Position numbers and translations under genes: made by a program
Shown: piece by piece, positions 53,941 through 62,718 of the stretch
Numbering within the stretch: the stretch's first letter is position 1
Layout of the letters: each line of letters opens with the position of its first letter
The notes under the pieces: generated by a model
The model's input: only the letters and a program-made list of their open reading frames with translations
Database searches by the model: none
What the model was told of the DNA's origin: nothing
IMG/VR virus record: IMGVR_UViG_3300037418_000253
Source: an uncultured virus (IMG/VR IMGVR_UViG_3300037418_000253)
Lineage: Duplodnaviria; Heunggongvirae; Uroviricota; Caudoviricetes
Direction: 5' to 3' (one strand)
Length of the DNA stretch: 64,000 nt

Positions 53941-54778
53941 CGTAAATCAACCTTTCTCTTGCCCTCGCCTGGTTGATATAATTAGCCGAACGAGCCTGCA
54001 AGTATTTTCTAGCCGCCAACCTTCCGGCCTCAAAAGCCCTATCGGCATCGGCTGCTGACTGCATTCCGAATGTCTTGTTACGGGCACGTCGGAACTTCGC
54101 TGTTGTTTCTTCAATAGGCATCTTTCCCAGGTCGTTCTCTAGGACATGGCGAATACGCCTATCAAATGTTGCCTGTCCTCCAGGTCCACCCCACCAAGCT
54201 ACGTATTCTGCGGTGAATGCTCCACGAGTAGCACCGCCCGGATTCTGCACTGTAATTGGGTGGTCGGTAATTGTCGGTTCCTCGTCCTCTGGTCCCGGAT
54301 ACTTGCCCTCTGGCGTCGTAGGTCCGGTGAAGTAGGCGATAAACTTTCCACGCTTAGGAGCGATGGTTACCGAGTCTCCGTACTCCATTACCGGAGCCTT
54401 CCAGACGAATACGTGAATCTGCTTAACTCCCACCGCCGCGAAATCCTCACGGACAGGAACGGTCTTCTTTGAAGCACGCCACGTAAAGGTAGCAATTCGA
54501 TTATTGCCACCACCAACAAGCTTGTCATTCCACAGCTTTGCCTGTGGAACTCCGACCATCCCCCATTCGTATACGTGGTGGAATCGGGAAGCCTGGGTAG
54601 GAGCCATCGTGGCCATGTGCTCGGTGAACTCCTCGCTCATAATGGCGTGAGTCATTTTGAGAACCGGACCAATATGCCTGGCGGTCTTAATCTCCATGGA
54701 AAGCGTGGAGAGAAACCCGGCCAAAGCAGAAGCCTCAGCCGTGTCCACTCCGATAGCCAGAAATGGCTTTCCTGCCAT
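53933..54778 (-). CDS. virion morphogenesis hypothetical protein
   Basis: ORF track; head-tail region. Confidence 0.65.
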   Translation of the reverse strand: MAGKPFLAIGVDTAEASALAGFLSTLSMEIKTARHIGPVLKMTHAIMSEEFTEHMATMAPTQASRFHHVYEWGMVGVPQAKLWNDKLVGGGNNRIATFTWRASKKTVPVREDFAAVGVKQIHVFVWKAPVMEYGDSVTIAPKRGKFIAYFTGPTTPEGKYPGPEDEEPTITDHPITVQNPGGATRGAFTAEYVAWWGGPGGQATFDRRIRHVLENDLGKMPIEETTAKFRRARNKTFGMQSAADADRAFEAGRLAARKYLQARSANYINQARARERLIYGD

Positions 54779-55248
54779 TACTGCACCTCAGCCCTCTTTG
54801 CGAGGACCGACTTTTCTACTACGTTTCCAAAGCCATCGATAACCGGCGAAACCCTGAATACATCAAATGTGGTGGCAGGATTACCGTCAGACTCTTCCTC
54901 GGTCCAGATAGGCTGGCCGTTGAACGTCCTGATGTTGGTAAGCTTGTCCCGCAAGGTGATGTTGGCATTCGCGGCCACGGTGAGCTTCACCCATTCCTCA
55001 TTCAGGTATTCTTCGTTCCATACTTCTGGACGCATTCCGGTAGCCCGTGCCAGACAGCGCACGCCCTTGATGACGTGCCCCTCAATTTCCGGGGTGTTTG
55101 GATTATCGACCCATACCTGAATCATCGCGCCTGACTCCGGGTCCTGCTTCCATTCCCAGTGGCCCGTCTCATCGCCTTCGGCGGGAGCGCTTGATGGCTT
55201 GATAACATCCACCAACATACTCAGCTTTGCACTCGATAGACAACGCAT
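54778..55248 (-). CDS. putative head-tail joining (stopper) protein
   Basis: TGATG coupling at 55248; position. Confidence 0.6.
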   Translation of the reverse strand: MRCLSSAKLSMLVDVIKPSSAPAEGDETGHWEWKQDPESGAMIQVWVDNPNTPEIEGHVIKGVRCLARATGMRPEVWNEEYLNEEWVKLTVAANANITLRDKLTNIRTFNGQPIWTEEESDGNPATTFDVFRVSPVIDGFGNVVEKSVLAKRAEVQ

Positions 55249-56156
55249 CAAATCACCGTAATCGCTGTACGCCTGTACTCTTCTAGAAGCTGGTCGGCAA
55301 TTACATTCCCTGTACCTGAGTAGGCGGCTCCCACAAACTCGTAGCGCCAACCATCACCACTGATGGCCTTGAGATAGCGCTCACGGTATACAGCCTGTGG
55401 ACAAAGAGCCTCTTCAATTAGGATGAGTGCTGCTTCCTTTACGTTGGTAGGCACCTCGTCATATCCCCATACACCGTCTACTGTATATACGACGTTATCC
55501 CTAAACCCGCCGCGATTCCACATGGAATCTGGGTCACGAATGACATTCTCGAATACGTAATCGCCCTCTGGAGTTGGATTCGACACTCCCAGGTAGTAGC
55601 CGTCTCCACGGATGGAATATGCTCCCGGAACCGCATGTCCGGTACTGTCGAATAGAACATTCGACCCGGAAATGTCTGTGAGGTTTACCAGTCGTTCAGG
55701 CAACTTGAGCTGAATGTCGCCAGCCCCAATCACCTGACGCTTACCGACAAACCGGCCAAACTTCTGTCCAGTGTAGTTCTCGATGACCCCACGAATTCGC
55801 CGCTCAACGCGAACGATTTCTGCCGGGGTTGCGTAAGAAGAGATATCTGGAATCGCCTCAGTAATCTCCTCAGACGTTACGTATGGAGTCACGACTCGAA
55901 CCGAAGTGTCGTGCATGTACGACTTGGACACCCCGTCTTCGTTGTAATTAAGCTTCCACCTAACAACGAATTCAGAATCCCTATCGACAAGGCTAAAAGG
56001 CAAGGTTACGCTATAGCCTCCCGAGATGGCGTCAACAGTGGAAAATGTATGCAGGAGGGTAGAACCATCGTATGCTTCCACATCAATGGTTCCTGTGCTT
56101 GAGGTCACGGGGACCTTCAAGCTCACATCAGCTAGTTCATTCCTGTAAATTTCCAT
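55248..56156 (-). CDS. head-to-tail adaptor
   Basis: YVT..E, IENYTG, WGY..VP..VKEAA motifs. Confidence 0.75.
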   Translation of the reverse strand: MEIYRNELADVSLKVPVTSSTGTIDVEAYDGSTLLHTFSTVDAISGGYSVTLPFSLVDRDSEFVVRWKLNYNEDGVSKSYMHDTSVRVVTPYVTSEEITEAIPDISSYATPAEIVRVERRIRGVIENYTGQKFGRFVGKRQVIGAGDIQLKLPERLVNLTDISGSNVLFDSTGHAVPGAYSIRGDGYYLGVSNPTPEGDYVFENVIRDPDSMWNRGGFRDNVVYTVDGVWGYDEVPTNVKEAALILIEEALCPQAVYRERYLKAISGDGWRYEFVGAAYSGTGNVIADQLLEEYRRTAITVI

Positions 56157-56198
56157 ATCTGAATTATACCCTCTCCTGGCTTATTTTCCCAATCAACA

Positions 56199-57002
56199 TT
56201 AACGTGCGTAAAGTCGGAATGTTGAACCAGCGACTATATTGCCGGTACCCACGCTGAGTCTTAGACAGTCAATCGGTCCCGTCTTATTCCTCCAGTGTCC
56301 AGAAAGAATATCGCGGAAAATGGTTCCCGCTGACACATGCGCAGACAGGGTGGCCTCGACCGGACGAAATGAAGTTATGTCAGCGTAATCATAAATCACA
56401 ATACGCATAGTTCCCCAACAGTCCGCGTCCGCTGACGCAGCGGGACAAGCGCTCTCTGCGAGCTTGAACCATGTGGTTGCCCCGAGAGCTGTGTCCAAAC
56501 CACTGGCTCCATTGTTCTGCGCCACGAGAGATACGCGATAGGTGTCTGGGGCGGTGTCGATGACTCCACCGGTACCCACACGGAGGAATGCGTTATCCTT
56601 GACCTGTCCTGGTCTGGTGGAACGAAACTTGCCCTCAATAATAAGGTCGCGGAAGGTGCCTGGTATTCCCGTAAAGTCCACGGTAGCCTGGGCGCTGGAA
56701 AGCTTAATCTGAGAGATGGTTGTCAGGGCACCACCTGGGCTCGCCTTCCACTTAGAAGAAGCTGCGTCATAAACAAGCGCCTGGCCATTTGTTGGTGCCA
56801 CCGACAAATTTACGTCAGATAGGGCCGACAGAGACCCTGGGCCGGGAGGTCCGGTCAGACCTGTAGCTCCAGTATCTCCCTTAGGACCCTGTGGACCAAT
56901 CAGGCTAAAACTAAAGCCCTCTGGCGGGGTCTGGGAAATCTCAACCAGACCCGGCTCAGTGGTGGTAATCTCAACTGATACTGGCTCGGATGGAGTGCTC
57001 AC
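56199..57002 (-). CDS. collagen-repeat-containing virion protein
   Basis: GPQGPKGDTGATGLTGPPGPG; LSALSDV..NGQALVY..SKW. Confidence 0.7.
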   Translation of the reverse strand: MSTPSEPVSVEITTTEPGLVEISQTPPEGFSFSLIGPQGPKGDTGATGLTGPPGPGSLSALSDVNLSVAPTNGQALVYDAASSKWKASPGGALTTISQIKLSSAQATVDFTGIPGTFRDLIIEGKFRSTRPGQVKDNAFLRVGTGGVIDTAPDTYRVSLVAQNNGASGLDTALGATTWFKLAESACPAASADADCWGTMRIVIYDYADITSFRPVEATLSAHVSAGTIFRDILSGHWRNKTGPIDCLRLSVGTGNIVAGSTFRLYAR

Positions 57003-57382
57003 TTGGCTACCTCCCCGAACACCTTAACGTCACCGGCGAAATATGTGCGATTGTTTCCCCCGATGGTTGTCTGAAAGTCCCAGATGTAATCACCAGCCAC
57101 TATGGTGGTGGTTACAGAGCTGGGAAACTCAATCAGAATCTTACCGTTGGCCGCGTCAACGGTGCAGATGGCATCGTACGAAGTCGCATTAGAGTAATCC
57201 GCTCGAATACTGCACTTCGCGGTATACCCCGTTAGATTTAGGGGGACACCAAGACTATCCTTTAGCGTAACGCTCATGCTAATGTAATCCCCCTTGTATA
57301 GCACGAGGTCGTAATTCTTAGGCAGGTACTCGGCCCCGATAGGGCCTCCTGCTACGACGCCAGGATAGACAATATCAGCCAT
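56999..57382 (-). CDS. BppU-like/Ig-fold virion protein
   Basis: LYKGD...LNLTGY...YIWD pattern; SD GGAG. Confidence 0.6.
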   Translation of the reverse strand: MADIVYPGVVAGGPIGAEYLPKNYDLVLYKGDYISMSVTLKDSLGVPLNLTGYTAKCSIRADYSNATSYDAICTVDAANGKILIEFPSSVTTTIVAGDYIWDFQTTIGGNNRTYFAGDVKVFGEVAK

Positions 57383-57773
57383 AGAACTCCTGGGCCTCCC
57401 TAGGGGTGGCATAGCGGAAACCTTCAACGTTATCCACAATCCACTCAGCATCGGAGGCGGCCACTACACCAATTGGGTGGGCCTTAGTAAACCTATAGCC
57501 ACGTACCTCGAAGGTGCCATTTTCGCGCATCATCCTCAAAAGCGCCTGCTCCTCTTCGGCCTTGGCCTTGGCGTCGGCTGCATTCTTTTCCTCGCGCAGC
57601 TCGGCGTCCTTCTCAGCGACCTGCTGGTCAATCTGAGCCGCCTGCTCCCAAGTAACGCCATCCTCATTGAGGGCAGCAATAATGACTGCCTTGGTGTCGC
57701 TGGGCTTCGCGTCGGTGCCGAACTCCTCGGCAATCTTAAGAAGGTCTTCCTTCTTCAAAGTCTCAAAACTCAT
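57375..57773 (-). CDS. hypothetical protein with N-terminal HeH/Rho-N-like motif
   Basis: LKKEDLLKIAEEFG...KAVIIAAL. Confidence 0.65.
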   Translation of the reverse strand: MSFETLKKEDLLKIAEEFGTDAKPSDTKAVIIAALNEDGVTWEQAAQIDQQVAEKDAELREEKNAADAKAKAEEEQALLRMMRENGTFEVRGYRFTKAHPIGVVAASDAEWIVDNVEGFRYATPREAQEFYG

Positions 57774-57807
57774 AGTGGGTGTTACCTATCCTTCCCTATT
57801 TATTCTC

Positions 57808-57836
57808 ATTATAGCGAGAAAGCTTACTATTGGCAA
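57808..57836 (-). promoter_or_regulatory. promoter downstream of the capsid terminator
   Basis: TTGCCA-N17-TATAAT. Confidence 0.7.
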
Positions 57837-57841
57837 ACACG

Positions 57842-57871
57842 AAAGAACCCCGCCGATTTCTCGACGGGGTT
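57842..57871 (-). terminator. intrinsic terminator after the major capsid gene
   Basis: AACCCCGTCGA-GAAA-TCGGCGGGGTT followed by CTTT. Confidence 0.75.
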
Positions 57872-57890
57872 AACTTTCACTGGGGAAAGA

Positions 57891-58898
57891 TTACGGAGCA
57901 ACCTTGACGTTCTTTACAACGACGAAAGCGTCTGCGTTCTCAATCTGTGTACCAACGCGGCAGTACATGGTGTACTCGATGGTGTCCTTCTTTGGCTTGA
58001 ACTCGCGGTAGACCTGAATCTCACGCTTTACGCCCCATAGAAGGTTCTGTGGGAAGGTCAGCCATAGGTCACCGTGCTGTCCTGTTGGGGACGCGTAGTC
58101 ACCAACCATGGTCTCGTCAAAGAGTGGAACCTCCTGTAGAGCAACACCGAAGATGCTTGGACCGTTGAATCCCGCATTACCCTCGGTGCGAACACCGTTC
58201 TGGGTGATGCCCTGGGCAACCTGCTCTAGGCTAATGATTCCAGATGCGGACTGGGTTAGTCCGTACATGTAATCCTGGATTAGGTTAGAGCCCGCGAAGA
58301 ACTTAAGTCCGTTACGACGCTGCATGTACTTTCGAGGCATAGCCTTGAGAGCCCTGTTCGCAACGCCACGGGTAAGTCCACCGGTGCTTGCACCAGACTG
58401 GTTGTCAACGACGTGTCCACCAGCGAGGGCCAGCTTGCGCCAACCGTCGAATGCCTTTAGGAGAGGGTCAGTCGTCTTAGCAGTGTCACCATTGATTGCA
58501 ACGTCCTCAAGGTCGTTACCAGCCTGCGTTGCCATAAGGCGCGCAATGTGGTCCTCAAGAGCCTCACCCTCAAGGTTGTCCTCTAGGGACTCCGTTGAAA
58601 GCTCGAAGTCAAGACGCAACTTCTTGGTCGTTAGCGAAATCTTCGTGAATACTGCACCAGCGTTGACGCCATCATCGACAGCCTCGGTAGCCACACGCAT
58701 TAGGCGCTGACCAACACCAATCTTGTCAATATCCTGCTGCGTCGAACGCATACGGATGGTACGGACCTGGGAACCAAGTACGGTCGCATCCCACATGTAG
58801 TCGATGAAGCGGTTTGCCTGCTCGGGGTTGAGAAGACCACCACCACCGGAACCAACCTCGGTGGTACGGATTACCTTCTCTAGTAGTTCATTACTCAT
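57891..58898 (-). CDS. major capsid protein (HK97 fold)
   Basis: GGLLNPEQ..FI, S.E.LEDN, INGD motifs; strong SD GGAGGTGA. Confidence 0.9.
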   Translation of the reverse strand: MSNELLEKVIRTTEVGSGGGGLLNPEQANRFIDYMWDATVLGSQVRTIRMRSTQQDIDKIGVGQRLMRVATEAVDDGVNAGAVFTKISLTTKKLRLDFELSTESLEDNLEGEALEDHIARLMATQAGNDLEDVAINGDTAKTTDPLLKAFDGWRKLALAGGHVVDNQSGASTGGLTRGVANRALKAMPRKYMQRRNGLKFFAGSNLIQDYMYGLTQSASGIISLEQVAQGITQNGVRTEGNAGFNGPSIFGVALQEVPLFDETMVGDYASPTGQHGDLWLTFPQNLLWGVKREIQVYREFKPKKDTIEYTMYCRVGTQIENADAFVVVKNVKVAP

Positions 58899-58932
58899 AT
58901 TGTTGTGTCACCTCCAAATTTCTAAAAGTTAT

Positions 58933-60279
58933 TTACTGTAGGTCGGAAAGGCCGAGGAAGCGCCCGCCCCACTTAGAACCCTTACTCTTCTGTAGGGTAT
59001 CCTCCGTTGACCCGCCGAGGTCTCCGGACTTCTTAATTGCAGTCTCTCCTTCAACACCCTCAAGACGCTTCTCAACGCCTCCAAGGTCCTTCTTAAGAGA
59101 CTCAAACTTATCGGTAAGCTCAGTGTGCTTTGCCACTAGCTCATTTACCTTGTTCTCGAATAGCTCTGTCGCCTTTGTAATGGCTTCGTCAGCCTGCTGA
59201 GCATTCTTCTCAAGGCCAGACTCGATAGCGCTCTGTAGGTCACCGAACATCTTCGCGAAATCAGGCTCGTCCACCTGAACCTCGTCATTGTCAGTAGCCT
59301 TCTCAGTCTCAGCAGCCTGCTCCTCAACAGTCTCATCAACCTCGGCGTTTTCTACCACAGTCTCATTACTTGACTCGACCTCGGACTCAGCCTTACCCTG
59401 CTCGGCTACCTCGTCGGTAGCTGGAGCGGTAGAACCGGCGTCAACCTCAGCCTCATTAGTCTTGTTCTCTTCTGCCACGATAACACCTCCTTCGTTGTTT
59501 GCAGGTTCAGCCTGCTTTGCGATTGGCTCCTGTGAACCACTCGTGCTAGAAGTAGAGTTACGATTAGCGACGATAGCCGCAACCTTCTCAGTCGTGTCAC
59601 CGCCATCGTACTCAAACCATCCAATGTTCTGCATTGCGGAACCACAGTTGCCACAAGAAACAGCCTCATCGGAGGAAGTCTTTGCAATTCCATCGTCCTC
59701 GCACCAGAAAACATTCTCTGAGCGGGTCTCAGCTACCATTCCCTTCATTACCTGGCTTCCATCGGAAGACTTGGTAATGGAGAATACGTTAGCCAACTGG
59801 TTAGCTGGGGAATCTACCAGGCTAAGCTCGATAAGCTCATAATCCTTAACAAAGCGGATGGTCGCGTTAGCGTCCTTCACCCACTGGGTCTCAGAATCAA
59901 GAATCGAACCGCCGATGCTGAATCCCTGGAGGGTTCCATCTAGGACCTTCTCCCATGTGTCCTGCGCACCCTTCGAGACGTAGACGGTAACGAAAATACC
60001 GTTATAGAACTTCTGGGTCTCGGGGTCGAAGTAGGAGTCTTCCCGGAAATCAACCATGCGACCCACAGCAATTGGCTGGTGCATCTCACGGATGTTTCCA
60101 CGGAAACGGCTGAACGCCTTCTGATTAGCTTCCTTGAGAACTACGTCTCCCTGGCTATCGGCGTTGTCCAAAGAGGCCCAACCTGAAACCAGGCGGTTCT
60201 CCTCGTCAACCTTAGACAGGGGCATGGAAAGACGTACGTTGTCGCCATCCGTTGCCCACTGAGCCTTCTTAATCTCCAT
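58933..60279 (-). CDS. capsid maturation protease with scaffold-like acidic C-terminus
   Basis: VSGWAS..D.QGD, REMH, GFSIGG, ELSLVD.PAN. Confidence 0.88.
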   Translation of the reverse strand: MEIKKAQWATDGDNVRLSMPLSKVDEENRLVSGWASLDNADSQGDVVLKEANQKAFSRFRGNIREMHQPIAVGRMVDFREDSYFDPETQKFYNGIFVTVYVSKGAQDTWEKVLDGTLQGFSIGGSILDSETQWVKDANATIRFVKDYELIELSLVDSPANQLANVFSITKSSDGSQVMKGMVAETRSENVFWCEDDGIAKTSSDEAVSCGNCGSAMQNIGWFEYDGGDTTEKVAAIVANRNSTSSTSGSQEPIAKQAEPANNEGGVIVAEENKTNEAEVDAGSTAPATDEVAEQGKAESEVESSNETVVENAEVDETVEEQAAETEKATDNDEVQVDEPDFAKMFGDLQSAIESGLEKNAQQADEAITKATELFENKVNELVAKHTELTDKFESLKKDLGGVEKRLEGVEGETAIKKSGDLGGSTEDTLQKSKGSKWGGRFLGLSDLQ

Positions 60280-60281
60280 GT

Positions 60282-60731
60282 TTAGATAATATCAGAGTCC
60301 TTTTCAAAAGCCAAATTATGGTTGACCACGCGCAGGTTTAGATAGATAACACCACAGTATGTGGCCATGAATATTGAAGTAATACCCCCGGTGTTCTGCC
60401 AACTACCCGCGAAATAACCAACCGCAATTAGAAGCCAATGAATGAATCCGACAAACGCTCCAATCGTTAGTGATTTCTTTGATGACCTAATAACTCCGTA
60501 GAGCATGATTACGCCTACGGACACAGCTCCCAGGCCCCAGACCGTTTCGCTGGCAACATCTGCCATCCAGCGATACAGCGGGGACTGGTTAAAGACCTGC
60601 CAGAAGGGGTTGGAGAGCCAGACCCCCCACAGCATCGTATAGGTCGATAGTGCTGCTGCGGTAAACCGGTTAATTGGTCGGCTTACCAGGAGTTCTAGTT
60701 CTCTCCAAGCCCTTCTCAGCATGTTTAGCAT
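60282..60731 (-). CDS. multi-pass membrane protein
   Basis: About four hydrophobic segments. Confidence 0.7.
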   Translation of the reverse strand: MLNMLRRAWRELELLVSRPINRFTAAALSTYTMLWGVWLSNPFWQVFNQSPLYRWMADVASETVWGLGAVSVGVIMLYGVIRSSKKSLTIGAFVGFIHWLLIAVGYFAGSWQNTGGITSIFMATYCGVIYLNLRVVNHNLAFEKDSDII

Positions 60732-60738
60732 TTACGTG

Positions 60739-62310
60739 CTAGGCGGCCTGTCGCCCATCCCCCTTCGCGTTGCGGGCTTCACCTGATGAATCCGGCGAAT
60801 TTGCATCACGATTCTGGTCTCGGGTACGGGTATTGCCTGCCTGAGACCTCTGTTCAGCCTGTTGCTGCGGCTTTAGCTCCACGGGCTTGTCACCGCCCTT
60901 AATTCCAGGCATACCCTTACGCGCACGAACCTCGTTAGGCAGGTAGGTGCCAAGGCGTAGGTAACGCTCGTCAATCTTCGACTGAGTGTCCTCGTCGGTA
61001 AGAGAAAGCTCGTTCAGGTGAAGAGTGAATACGTCGGTAAGTTCCTTAATAATCTTGTTCAACTTCTTTTCCACAATGCGCTGGGCTGGTCGGCAGACCT
61101 GCTCCTTGAACGTCTTGTCGGCATCACGGGCAGCCGCGAGAGAAACGCCCTCGCCCAAGCTAACCTTGGAGATTGGTACGCCGTGCGCCATCAGGATTTC
61201 GTTCAGGTTGCCCTTGCGGTAATTGTTGAATGAAGAATCCTGCGTGCCAGTTTCGACCGGCTTCATTTCGAAGCTGACCTTCTTGCCGTCCTCCTCCGCT
61301 GGTAGCGGAACATAAAGGGTGCGGTGGTTCTTGCCCTTAAGACTGGACTGGAAGAATTCAAGAATCTGCTGCTCGGAACGAGGGGACAGATTTCCACCCT
61401 TAATGACGATGACGTAACGAGGCACAGCCTTGTTCTCGAAGTAGTCAAGGTTGAAGCGAGCGGAGAACTCGTTGCCAGTGACAGCGGTCATTGCCGAGAT
61501 AATGTCGGGAACGCCGTAGTAGCCATTGGTCGGGGTGTAGTTCTTGAGGTGGATAATCTCGTTGGGGCGCGGGTCATTGCCAATGGGGTCCTTGGTCTCG
61601 GTGTCACCGAGGTTACGGAAGAAAACCGCCCGGTTGGAGATAATCTGGATAAAGCCGTCGCGCTTCTTGCGGACACGAATAGTCGTCGCTGGAATGTGGC
61701 CGATATAGCCAATCTCTCCAGTGTTCTTGCGACCAACCTCAATGTAGCCATTTCCGGTGGTCTCGTAATCCGTCCAAGCCTTGGCAAGAGTCTCGGAAAA
61801 CTCGTCCTCTTCGTTGCAAGAGTCGAGCCATTCAGTCAGGTCACGCTTACCACGAGCCAGCTTCCTGCGGAAATTCGACAACTTCTTTTCGTCGCCCTCG
61901 ATGCGGTCCAAGGCTTCCTTGGTGGCATCAGACTCAACGAATTCATATCCTAGACCTACGATATTGCGCACCTTAGCCTTGACAGCCGCCGCGTGTGGAG
62001 AAGACTTCTCGTACAGGGCAGCCAGGTAGTCAAGGTTGTAAGGGGGTAGAACGACCTCGAATAGGTTGTATCCGGTTAGCTCGTCGCGCTCCTCGCGCTT
62101 GGTGCCAGCTCCACCGGTTCCGCGCTGAAACTTCTGCATTTCTCGGGTCGCGTTGCGCTTTGTCGCAGGGGTCAATCCGTCCATCTTCCGAATATCGGAA
62201 GCAGACTTGGCAAACACATCAGTTTCATCAGCAGATGGACGCCAATCCACCGCTGAGCCTAGACGGACTTCAATTTCCTGTCCGTCCTCCACGGATACAG
62301 CCCTACTCAT
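60739..62310 (-). CDS. portal protein
   Basis: TGNGYIE, EIIH, YYGVP, YFENKAVP, PNEVR motifs. Confidence 0.9.
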   Translation of the reverse strand: MSRAVSVEDGQEIEVRLGSAVDWRPSADETDVFAKSASDIRKMDGLTPATKRNATREMQKFQRGTGGAGTKREERDELTGYNLFEVVLPPYNLDYLAALYEKSSPHAAAVKAKVRNIVGLGYEFVESDATKEALDRIEGDEKKLSNFRRKLARGKRDLTEWLDSCNEEDEFSETLAKAWTDYETTGNGYIEVGRKNTGEIGYIGHIPATTIRVRKKRDGFIQIISNRAVFFRNLGDTETKDPIGNDPRPNEIIHLKNYTPTNGYYGVPDIISAMTAVTGNEFSARFNLDYFENKAVPRYVIVIKGGNLSPRSEQQILEFFQSSLKGKNHRTLYVPLPAEEDGKKVSFEMKPVETGTQDSSFNNYRKGNLNEILMAHGVPISKVSLGEGVSLAAARDADKTFKEQVCRPAQRIVEKKLNKIIKELTDVFTLHLNELSLTDEDTQSKIDERYLRLGTYLPNEVRARKGMPGIKGGDKPVELKPQQQAEQRSQAGNTRTRDQNRDANSPDSSGEARNAKGDGRQAA

Positions 62311-62633
62311 TACTTAGACAATTCCTCTCTGAATGCAGGAACGTCATACTCATCCGGGACCAGGCCGAACGCCATTCGCTGCTTCTGGTATTCAAATTCC
62401 TCGTCAGTTACCTGACGATGGCCAGATAGGTAGAAAGGCTTGCCCTCGGTGATTCCATAAGAGGCAACGGTATCCTTGAGTTGCTGGATACGCTTCTTGT
62501 CACCCTTCATAGCTGCAATGTTCAAGAAGTTGCCGTCTTCGTCGCCAATCCACTGGCCGTTAGGCATCTCCCAAACATAAACACCGTATGGAACCTCTTC
62601 CACAATCTGCTTGCGGGTAGTGTTTAGTTTCAT
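62310..62633 (-). CDS. hypothetical protein (107 aa)
   Basis: ORF track; TAATG coupling to portal. Confidence 0.75.
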   Translation of the reverse strand: MKLNTTRKQIVEEVPYGVYVWEMPNGQWIGDEDGNFLNIAAMKGDKKRIQQLKDTVASYGITEGKPFYLSGHRQVTDEEFEYQKQRMAFGLVPDEYDVPAFREELSK

Positions 62634-62639
62634 AGGAAA

Positions 62640-62668
62640 ATTGTACCGCTAATAAACCCCAATGGCAA
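62640..62668 (-). promoter_or_regulatory. promoter of the head operon (leaderless-type)
   Basis: TTGCCA-N17-TACAAT, 6 nt before the ATG. Confidence 0.7.
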
Positions 62669-62718
62669 ATAGGTGTACAGAATTGCGTCAAAATCGCGTT
62701 CTAACACGCTTATCCGGT

